A program made the translations under genes and the position numbers. Shown here piece by piece: positions 56,171 to 64,000 of a DNA stretch of 64,000 nucleotides (the first letter of the stretch is position 1; every line of letters starts with the position of its first letter). The stretch comes from an uncultured Verrucomicrobiae bacterium. Its GTDB lineage: Bacteria > Verrucomicrobiota > Verrucomicrobiia > Chthoniobacterales > Chthoniobacteraceae. Location: contig CAVYKI010000009.1 of the NCBI GenBank assembly GCA_963769025.1, forward strand, positions 96,001 to 160,000, written 5' to 3'. The notes under the pieces are model-generated. The model did not search any database. It saw only the letters and a list, made by a program, of their open reading frames with translations, and had not been told where the DNA came from.

Positions 56171-56264
56171 GAGGCGAGCGGTTCCATTAAGCCGCAAGCA
56201 TCTTTGTTAAGACGCGAGCGGTTCCCTCAAGACGCGAGCGTCTTCCTTAAGACGCAATCGTCTT
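56171..56264. repeat. 20-bp tandem repeat, ~4.5 copies
   Basis: Units like gacgcgagcg-tcttccttaa at 56171, 56191, 56211, 56231 and 56251. Confidence 0.65.
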
Positions 56265-56496
56265 GTGCGTGCCGTCGCAGAACGGCGCGTTGGCGGTGTG
56301 CTTGCACTGGCAGAGCCACGCGTCGCCGGATTTGTCGGCGGTGAATTTCTTCGGGGCGAAGGATGAGCCCTTGTGCGCAGCCGTTGCAGAAGGGCTGCGT
56401 GGCGGATTTTCCGCAGGTGCAGAACCAGTAGTCCTTTCCGGCCTCGAGGGTGACTTTGGCGGGGGACTTTGCGGCAATGACGGGTTGGTCGCTCAT
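56247..56496 (-). pseudogene. CDGSH iron-sulfur domain protein (two CDGSH motifs) with one +1 frameshift near 56378
   Basis: WFCTCGKSATQPFCNG|AHK and LCQCKHTANAPFCDGTH lie in different frames. Confidence 0.85.
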
Positions 56497-56576
56497 GGCG
56501 CGAGGTTCCGGCAACGCATCCGCAAGCGCAAGCGTCGAAGGGCCTGCGTTCCAAAATCCCTGCGCGGCGGCGCGCG

Positions 56577-57873
56577 TCAGATCTTCGGCTCGAAGCCGCT
56601 GCGGTAGGACTCGCGCTGCCAGAGCTTTTCGCCCGCGGGATTGTCGATGAGTTTGCCGGTCTTCGGGTCGCAGCGGACGACGGTGTTGGTGCGGTAGGCG
56701 ATGTTGCCGAGATGGCAGAGCATGGCGCTTTTCTGCCCTTCGGCGATGGGGCTGTTGAGCTTCGCCTTGCCGCGGATCGCGTCGAGGAAGTTGCCGATGT
56801 GCGCCGCGTCGCCGCCGCCCGGGCCCTTGCCCTTGCTCGATTTCCTTTCCGGCCGGGTCGTAGTTGGTCCACGCGTCGCGGTTGATGGCCATGGTGCCGT
56901 TGTCCCCGTGGAAGACGATTTCGCCGAGCGGCTTTTCCGCCGCGCGCGGGTGGCAGCTGCTCTGCACCCATTCGGCGCCGCCGAGCTTTCCAAAGTCGTA
57001 CACCGCGGTGCCCGTGTCGGGCGACTCCTGCTTGTCGTCGTGCCAGTAGCGGCCGCCATTGTAGGTCACGCGCTCCGGATAATCGGCCTGCAGTCCCCAG
57101 CGCAGGATGTCGAGGGTGTGGACGCCGTTGTTGCCGAGCTCGCCATTGCCCCAATGCCACAGCCAGTGCCAGTCGTAGTGCATGTAGGGGCGGATGTCGC
57201 GCACCTGGCCGCCGATGAGTTCGTCCGGCACCGGGCCCTGCCAGAGGTTCATGTCGATGTTTTCCGCGGCCTTCGACGCACCGAGCCCGATGGCGTTGCG
57301 CTTGTTGTAGTAAAATGCGCGGCTGAACCGCACCTTGCCGATCGCTCCGCCGTGCAGCGCGGCGATGGCGTCCTTCATCCACGTGCGGCGCTGGTTTCCC
57401 ATCTGCACGACGCGATCGTATTTTTTCTGCGCGGCGACGATCATCTCCGCCTCGTGCGGATTCTGGCTGCCGGGTTTTTCGACATACACGTGCTTGCCGG
57501 CCTGCATCGCGAGCAGCGCGGCGGGCGTGTGCCAGTAGTTCGGCGTCGCGATGAAGATGGCGTCCACCGACTTGTCCTCGAGAATCTTGCGGAAATCCGT
57601 CACGGCCTGGCATGGCGACGCCTGCTTTTCCGCCATCAGTTTCGCGCCGCGTTCGAGCCGCACCGAATCGGTCTCCGCGATGTAGGCGATTTCCACATCC
57701 GGCAGCGTGAGGAGCGCCTGCACGTGGCCGAGCCCGCGCCCGAGCGCGACGACTGCGACCTTGATTTTGCGCCCGGCGACGTCGGCGGCGCGGAGATTCG
57801 GGATGCTGGAAAGTGCGGCGCCTGCGGCGAGCACGGCGGTTTGCTTCAGGGCGGAACGGCGGGTGATGTCCAT
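56577..57873 (-). pseudogene. Tat-exported Gfo/Idh/MocA oxidoreductase with one +1 frameshift near 56835
   Basis: TRRSALK Tat motif, ATPNYWH, HVYVEKP, QMGNQRR, GNGELGNNGVH; C-terminus HIGNFLDAIR...LCHLGNIAYR is in another frame. Confidence 0.88.
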
Positions 57874-57981
57874 GGGTGTTTTGGGTTGGGTTTGGGGGAA
57901 CGCGCGCGTGCGGCGGTCAAGCCGTGCGGGAGGAAAATTCCGGGGCGGGGGATACCTTTGATCTGCCGTGGCAGTTTTTTG

Positions 57982-58116
57982 AAACGCAGAGACGCAGAGA
58001 GGAGGGGAATGGCGGGAACGATGGGAAGTGGGGGCGTGTGAGATGAAGCAGGCAACTGACCATTGCTTACGAACCGTCGCCTTTGCTTCCTCCGCGTCTC
58101 TGCGTCTCCGCGTTTA
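57982..58116. repeat. REP-like inverted repeat pair
   Basis: aaacgcagagacgcagagagga pairs imperfectly with cctccgcgtctctgcgtctccgcgttt. Confidence 0.55.
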
Positions 58117-58127
58117 AATCCTCCGCC

Positions 58128-58940
58128 CTACTTCGCGAAGAACGCGTTGTTCTGCTGCTCCTCGCCGACGCTCGTGAGCGGGCCGTGGCCGGGGCAGATG
58201 ACGGTGTCCGCGGGCAGCGTGAGGATCTGCTCGATGTTGCACTTCAGCGCGGCCGGGTAGCTGATGCCGCCGCCGCCCATGCTGCCGGCGAAGATCGAAT
58301 CGCCCACGATCGCGAGGGGCCGGGCGAGGCCGGTGACGACATACGTGATGCCGCCCGCGCAATGTCCCCACGTCAGCCGGCTCTCCACTTTCAGCCCGCC
58401 GAGCTGCCACACCTTGCCCGGCGCGAAACTGGTCGCACCTTCCACGGGTTCCTTCTCGCCGGTCCACGCGGGTGCGCCGGTCTTTTCGCGCAGGCGGTCG
58501 AGGTCGAAAATGTGATCGCCGTGCGTGTGCGTGATGAAAATGGTGCGCAGCGTGAGTTGCTTCTCCGCGATCATCTCGAGCATCCCGCTCGCGTCCGCGC
58601 CGGTGTCAAAGATCGCCGCGTCGCGTGTCGCAGGGTCCCACACGAGGTAGGCGTTCACCGTCATGTCCTCATAGGTCGTGTTGAATTGCGCCAGCCCGTC
58701 CAGCGTCACGTCCGCCGGCTTGTAACGGTTGGTTGCGAGCGCGCCGAGGCAGCGCGCGTTCAGCCCGAGCACCGGGGCGACCTTTTCCGCGACCGCGGCG
58801 CTGAACTCCCCGGCCCGCAGCGTCTCCAGCTCCGCGACGCTCACTCCCGCGCGCTCGGCGACGGTCCGGTCGTCGAGCTTCTGCCCGCGGATGGCTTTGC
58901 CGATGATGTCTGTGTAGGTGTCTTCGAGAGGGATGTTCAT
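58128..58940 (-). CDS. MBL-fold metallo-hydrolase with N-terminal HTH-like domain
   Basis: THTHGDH, GHC, GDSIFAGS, PGHG; N-terminal VAERAGVSVAEL. Confidence 0.88.
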   Translation of the reverse strand: MNIPLEDTYTDIIGKAIRGQKLDDRTVAERAGVSVAELETLRAGEFSAAVAEKVAPVLGLNARCLGALATNRYKPADVTLDGLAQFNTTYEDMTVNAYLVWDPATRDAAIFDTGADASGMLEMIAEKQLTLRTIFITHTHGDHIFDLDRLREKTGAPAWTGEKEPVEGATSFAPGKVWQLGGLKVESRLTWGHCAGGITYVVTGLARPLAIVGDSIFAGSMGGGGISYPAALKCNIEQILTLPADTVICPGHGPLTSVGEEQQNNAFFAK

Positions 58941-59119
58941 GGCGCGAGTAAAGGGGAGACGCGGCGCACTTGTCCAGAAGGCGAACGTGCGGCCGCGCGA
59001 TGCGCGGAGGCGGATCGAGCCTGCGGGCGCGCCGCGCGCGGGAGTTGAGGTTAATCATAACGCTTGCCGTAAGAAGCTGAGGGGCTTACGGGAAGGGCGT
59101 GGCGTTTTTCGCCATTGCG

Positions 59120-62113
59120 ATGTCAGACGACCAACCCCCAAGCCTGTCGGATGGAGTCAGAGGAACGGACCCGACACCGGTGAATCGCATCACGGATTCC
59201 ATCGCCGCGGCGATGTTCGGAGCCCCGCGGCCGGGGAGTGCGGGCGGATGGGCGGCACCCGCGCCGGAGGAATTGCAGCGCAGTTTCCCTGACAAGGAAA
59301 TCCGCGGCATTCTCGGCCACGGCGGGATGGGCGCGGTTTACAAGGCCTTCCAGACGAGCCTCCAGCGATTCGTCGCCATCAAGATCCTTCCGCCCGGTGT
59401 CGATGACGGAGGGATGAATTTCGCCGAGCGCTTCAAGCAGGAGGCGAGGGCGATGGCGAAATTCAAGCACCCGGGAATCGTCGGCGTGTACGACGCGGGG
59501 GAGACGCCGGAGGGGATGCTTTATTTCGTCATGGAATACGTCGAGGGGACGGACATCGCGCAGTTTGTCGCCGAGCACGGCAAGCTGGCGCCCGCGCAGG
59601 CGCTCCGCATCACCAGCCGGGTCTGCGAAGCGCTCACGTATGCCCACGAGCACGGAGTCATCCACCGGGACATCAAGCCCTCCAACGTGATGATCGAGCC
59701 CGACGGCACGGTGAAGGTCGCCGACTTCGGTCTCGCGAAGCTTTCCAGCGCCGGCAGTGACGTGAACACGATGAGCAGCCTCTCGATCGGCACGTCGGAC
59801 TTCATGCCGCCGGAGGCGCTCCAAGGTTCGCGGCACGTGGATCAGCGCGGCGACATCTACGCGACCGGCGGCCTGCTGTACCAGATGCTCACGGGGAAGG
59901 CGCCTCATGGGCGCTTCGAGCCGGCCTCGGTGGTGGTGCCCGGGCTGGACAAGCGCCTCGACGCCATCATCGAAAAGGCCATGCATGCCGACCCTGCGAA
60001 GCGCTACGCGAGGCCCGGCGAATTTCTCGCGGACCTCGCGCGCATCGCCCCCACTTTGAAATCGCCTGCAACCGGGCGGGTGCCACGGCAGGCGGAGCCG
60101 CCCCGCCGGTCATGGAAAAAGGGAATCGCGTGGGCGCTGGCGGCCGTCGTGCTGCTCGGGATCGGCGCGGTCGCATTCGACGCCATGAAAAAAGGCCGCA
60201 CGGGGAGGAACGGCGATCAAAAGCCCGTTGGTACGAAGCCCAAGGAGACCGCGTCCGGCGCGGAGCCGAAGACCGTCGCCATCCGTCGCTCATGGAAACC
60301 GGCGCCGGCGAAGTTCAACGCGGTCATCGATCGCGACGCCGTCCACCTTCAGCGTTTCAATACGTGGAGCGGACCGGAATCTCCGAAAACCAACGTCGCA
60401 GTCCGCTCGCTCATCGTATGGCAGCCCAGCCCGCCCGGGCGCAACGAACTGATCAAGGTGACCGCGCGCTCGACGGACAACGAGCATTACTACGCCTGCC
60501 TCTACGGCTCCATGGTCGAGCTCGGCTATTACCGCGCGCAGAATAAGAACATGCTGCCCTTGCAGCGGTGGCCGGTCGATCCGCCTCCCGGGCCCGATGA
60601 AGCCATCTCCCTGCAGCTCGCGTGCGTCGGCGAGCGCCTCGCAGTCTGGGTCCGCGGACGTCTCGTGGGCACCTACGACGACGACACCGTGACGGGCAGC
60701 GGTAAAATCGGCGTCCAGGCGGTCGACGGCCACGTTCGCAATCTCGAATTCCTCGATCTCGACGGGCTCACCGAGGCGGCGGCGTTTCAGCGGCTGGGAC
60801 TGGATGCGAGCGGCACCTCCGCGGTCCCTTCGCGTGAATGGGTGAGCGCATTTCCCGATCTCGCGAAGCTGCCGGGGATCGCGGAGTTTCGGGATGGCTG
60901 GGCGAGGCTGGCGAAGGAAAACCAGATCAAGCAGCTCAGCGATGCAGACGGCACGATCCTCACCGTCCGCAATGGCGGAATCCGGGCCAGGCGCCTCGTG
61001 CCGGAAAACTGGCACGGCGGCACCCTGCTTCACATCCGCACCACAGAAGGCGGGCGCCGTCTGAACCTCTGCTACTTTGAGCCGAAGGAACCTGGGGAAA
61101 AGGCGTTCCTGCAGCTCCGCGAATTCCGGCCTGAAGCGCTCCCGGCGAATCCCACCGCGGAGGAGGCGTGGGCCATGCAGAAGCTTCTCGCCGAGGAGCG
61201 CATCCCGCCCGTGAGCGGTGAAACCGTCACGGAACTCGTCGCCGTCGGCGGCACGGTGCGCGGGCTTTTCGGAGCGCACAGGATCACTGCCGGCATGGAG
61301 GATGCCGGAAATGGGGGCCGCATGGCGCTCGACGAGGCGGGCACGCTGTCCTTCCGCGATGTCGAGGTGCTGAATCTCGACAGCCTGCCCGAGGCGCAGG
61401 CGCGGGTCGCCGCAGGCATGCAGGCCAGCACAGGCCAGGCCGCGAAAGCGCTGCCCGTCCTCACGGCAGCGAGCACGAACGACGCGGAGGTGACTCCCGC
61501 CGGCGCGCCGCGCTGGCGCGATGCGCTGGCCGAGTCTCCGATGAAGGAAATCATCGCGAAAGCCCCGCACACGGCGCGGGGCTACCTGCTTCCCGACAAC
61601 AACCACTGGACCGTTTCCCCGAAGGCCCAGCGCTCGGGAGCCGTGCGCGTCCGTGCAGCCGGTGTGAACGCCCAATACATCAGCCTCTATGCCCTGCTCG
61701 ACGACCGGCAATCGGAACGAATCCGATACCGGGATCTGAGCAAGCAATGGAAGCTGAGTCTGGGGGAACTCGGCGTGAACGAAGCGGACGTTGCCAGCAC
61801 GACGGGAGCGACTCCCTTGGATGGACAGCCCCACGAGCTTGTTTTCGCGCGCGTCGGCGGACGTCTCAGGGCGATGCTGGACGGCCAGGTGCTCTTTGAC
61901 GAAGCGGATCGCAGCCCGCTCGCGGGCCGCTTCGTGGTGGACGTTTACCGCCGGGCCAGCGTGTGGGTGGAAACGGTGGAGTATCTGGAACTCGATGGCG
62001 TCCCGGAAGCCGAAGCGCTGAAGCTGATCGGCATGGATGACAGCCGCAAGGGTCCGCCCGCCGCAACCACGGGGGGACAGAGGGATGTGATCTCCGGGAG
62101 GCGGGCGAAGTGA
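59120..62113 (+). CDS. Membrane-anchored Hanks-type Ser/Thr protein kinase with three extracytoplasmic repeats
   Basis: LGHGGMGAVY, VAIK, HRDIKPSN, DFGLA, MPPE, DIY; TM GIAWALAAVVLLGIGAVAF. Confidence 0.92.
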   Translation: MSDDQPPSLSDGVRGTDPTPVNRITDSIAAAMFGAPRPGSAGGWAAPAPEELQRSFPDKEIRGILGHGGMGAVYKAFQTSLQRFVAIKILPPGVDDGGMNFAERFKQEARAMAKFKHPGIVGVYDAGETPEGMLYFVMEYVEGTDIAQFVAEHGKLAPAQALRITSRVCEALTYAHEHGVIHRDIKPSNVMIEPDGTVKVADFGLAKLSSAGSDVNTMSSLSIGTSDFMPPEALQGSRHVDQRGDIYATGGLLYQMLTGKAPHGRFEPASVVVPGLDKRLDAIIEKAMHADPAKRYARPGEFLADLARIAPTLKSPATGRVPRQAEPPRRSWKKGIAWALAAVVLLGIGAVAFDAMKKGRTGRNGDQKPVGTKPKETASGAEPKTVAIRRSWKPAPAKFNAVIDRDAVHLQRFNTWSGPESPKTNVAVRSLIVWQPSPPGRNELIKVTARSTDNEHYYACLYGSMVELGYYRAQNKNMLPLQRWPVDPPPGPDEAISLQLACVGERLAVWVRGRLVGTYDDDTVTGSGKIGVQAVDGHVRNLEFLDLDGLTEAAAFQRLGLDASGTSAVPSREWVSAFPDLAKLPGIAEFRDGWARLAKENQIKQLSDADGTILTVRNGGIRARRLVPENWHGGTLLHIRTTEGGRRLNLCYFEPKEPGEKAFLQLREFRPEALPANPTAEEAWAMQKLLAEERIPPVSGETVTELVAVGGTVRGLFGAHRITAGMEDAGNGGRMALDEAGTLSFRDVEVLNLDSLPEAQARVAAGMQASTGQAAKALPVLTAASTNDAEVTPAGAPRWRDALAESPMKEIIAKAPHTARGYLLPDNNHWTVSPKAQRSGAVRVRAAGVNAQYISLYALLDDRQSERIRYRDLSKQWKLSLGELGVNEADVASTTGATPLDGQPHELVFARVGGRLRAMLDGQVLFDEADRSPLAGRFVVDVYRRASVWVETVEYLELDGVPEAEALKLIGMDDSRKGPPAATTGGQRDVISGRRAK

Positions 62114-62512
62114 TGTCATCCGCGCCGGCCGGCGGGCTCGGACCGCCAGCCCTGCGCCACAAAATGGAAGTCGTAACGGGAGCCGCATCTCCAGCCGGGC
62201 GCGCCCGGGGAGCCCTGCGTAGCACCATGGCCTCGCCGGTCTCAGCCGCGGGCACGGCTGAGGTGTAGCGATCAAGGATTTCGCGCTGAGCGATCCGCTG
62301 AAGCCCGGGCAGGACTACGAGGACTGCGCGCGTCGGTCCAGCCCGCCGCTAATCGGCCGCCCCGCCCCGGATTCCGCGCGTCCGTCGCAGTAAGTGTGGA
62401 TTGCCTTTGCTTGGACGGCCGTGTCGGGGACGGAAGCGCGGCATCGTAGCTGAAGCGAATCACTCGCGGCCCGCTTGACCTCGTTGCGCGTGAGCAGTTG
62501 GATGCCGCAAGC

Positions 62513-63247
62513 ATGCCCCCCAAAGCCGACGCCGCCTTTCCAACGACACGCTGGACGCTCATCGCGAGAGCCCGTTCCGCGGATGGGGCCGTCGCGCGCA
62601 AGGCTCTGAATGAGGTGTGTGCCCAGTACCACTACCCGCTCTACTGCTTCATCCGTCGCAGCGGTCTGGAGCATCACGACGCGGAGGACGCGCTGCATGA
62701 TTTTTTCGCGAAGCTGCTCCGGCTGGAAGTGTTCGAAGGCGTCGTTCAGGAAAAGGGTCGGCTGAGGGGGTTGCTCATCACCGCGCTCCGGCGATTCGTC
62801 GTGAACTGGCACCGCGACCGGCCTTACCGGCAGCGCGAGGTGAGTGCGGACGCACCGTTCCCGGCAGACGAGGCCGAGGCGCGCTACCTGCGGGAGGAAT
62901 TCATCGAGACGGAAACGCCGGAGCGGATCTTCGAGCGGAAGTGGGGCCATGAAATGCTCTCGCGCGTGGTGGCCCGACTCGCCGAGAGCTATGCAAAAAA
63001 GGGGCGCACGGCGAGCTTCGACGCGCTGCGTCCCGCGCTGGAAGCCGGCGGAACACTGCGCGGCGGCGACGCGCCCGGCATCGCCGCAAGGCTCGGCATC
63101 ACGGAGAATGCGCTCCGCGCGACGCTCTCGCGCCTGCTGGTGGAATACCGCGAGATCCTCGAGTCCGAGGTGTTCCAGACGGTGGAGTCGCGGGAGGATG
63201 TCGCGGATGAGATCGCGCATCTCCATTCGATTTTCCGAAGGAACTGA
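62513..63247 (+). CDS. ECF-type RNA polymerase sigma factor (PVC kinase-associated type)
   Basis: FPTTRWTLI, YHYPLY.FIRR.G, DAEDALHDFF, KGRLR, PERIFERKW, IAARLG. Confidence 0.85.
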   Translation: MPPKADAAFPTTRWTLIARARSADGAVARKALNEVCAQYHYPLYCFIRRSGLEHHDAEDALHDFFAKLLRLEVFEGVVQEKGRLRGLLITALRRFVVNWHRDRPYRQREVSADAPFPADEAEARYLREEFIETETPERIFERKWGHEMLSRVVARLAESYAKKGRTASFDALRPALEAGGTLRGGDAPGIAARLGITENALRATLSRLLVEYREILESEVFQTVESREDVADEIAHLHSIFRRN

Positions 63248-63420
63248 GCCGGCGCGCGACGTCCGCACGTGAAAGGATGCCGCTTTTTCATCCGCCTGTA
63301 TCGGCGGCGTGCGGCGAAATGGTGTTGATCCATCGCGACGCCTCGGACATGGAAGATACCCCGCGATTTTCCCGAGAAGGGGGACGCGACCAAATCCCTG
63401 CAACTCTCCACACCATCCCG

Positions 63421-64000
63421 ATGAAACCGAAGACTCCCGCCATTCTGTCCCTGATGATCGCCCTGCCCGTCGTTGCGTCCGCCGCGGTGGATTTTGTGAA
63501 GGACGTGCAGCCGATTCTCGAATACCACTGCGTGCGCTGCCACAACCCGAAGGCGACCGCGGTGGAGACCGGAGACACCGGTGTGGAACTGGACACGAAG
63601 GCGAAGGCGATCCGTGGCAAGACGATCGTCCCCGGCGACGCATCGAAGAGCAAGGCCTACACGACGACCGTGCTGGCCGACGATGACGACAAGCTGATGC
63701 CGCCGCTGGAGGAAATCAAAAAAGGGTCGAGTGCACGGCTGACAACGGAGGAGGCGGAGACGCTGAAGACGTGGATCAACGAAGGTGCAAAGTGGCCCGA
63801 TGGGGTGATTCTGGTCGCCCGTAAGAAGGAGAAGACGGTGGACAGCGCTGCGGAGGCGCTCCTGGTCGCGGAGATCGGCAAGCGCATCGCCGAGACGACG
63901 AAGGAAAAGGCCGAGTCGGAGATGAAGCCCTACAGCACGGAGATCCTCGGGACGGATGTGAGCTTTGACATGGTGCCGATCCCGGGCGGGAAGTTCAAAA
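63421..64000 (+). CDS. Planctomycete-type cytochrome c domain protein, probably followed by an FGE/SUMF1 domain; runs off the window edge
   Basis: Manual translation: signal peptide, VDFVKDVQPILEYHCVRCH, LMPP, WINEGAKWP, FDMVPIPGGKF. Confidence 0.85.
   Translation, partial: MKPKTPAILSLMIALPVVASAAVDFVKDVQPILEYHCVRCHNPKATAVETGDTGVELDTKAKAIRGKTIVPGDASKSKAYTTTVLADDDDKLMPPLEEIKKGSSARLTTEEAETLKTWINEGAKWPDGVILVARKKEKTVDSAAEALLVAEIGKRIAETTKEKAESEMKPYSTEILGTDVSFDMVPIPGGKFK

Noticed and set aside
56227..57873. 548-aa oxidoreductase-CDGSH fusion
   Set aside because: Produced by a +1 frameshift; the true oxidoreductase C-terminus ends at 56577 in another frame
62114..62500. Structured ncRNA between the kinase and the sigma factor
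   Set aside because: Only short GC-rich hairpins (e.g. ctcagccg...cggctgag) are visible and no RNA family is recognisable without an Rfam search

Overview
High-GC bacterial window. Gene content (PVC-type heme-binding protein, planctomycete-type cytochrome c domain, ECF sigma/Ser-Thr kinase pair) suggests Verrucomicrobiota or another PVC-group organism (inference). 1-14.3 kb holds housekeeping and envelope genes (dsbD, PAS hybrid kinase, EamA, cardiolipin synthase, ruvB, ybaB). The centrepiece is a ~31 kb co-oriented minus-strand gene run (44996->14266). It begins with a compact PKS/NRPS line: a DH/FkbM/FkbH/ACP loader, a Ser-adenylation + ACP + two-dehydrogenase cassette of aminomalonyl-ACP type, KS-AT-KR-ACP, KS-AT-ACP-C-A-PCP-TE with a Cys-nucleophile thioesterase, and a PPTase. 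This runs directly into wzm/wzt glycan export, a methyltransferase, five glycosyltransferase-like genes and an AsnB-type amidotransferase. A divergent wcaF/GT4/WecA-like/O-antigen-ligase block follows. 51-55 kb is an accessory patch with stacked REP/MITE-like palindromes, a 42-bp palindromic tandem array upstream of a hypothetical gene, a polyproline micro-ORF and a truncated IS5. Five +1 frameshifts in three genes may be sequencing errors. No rRNA, tRNA or CRISPR array was recognised. All calls come from motif reading; no database searches were run.
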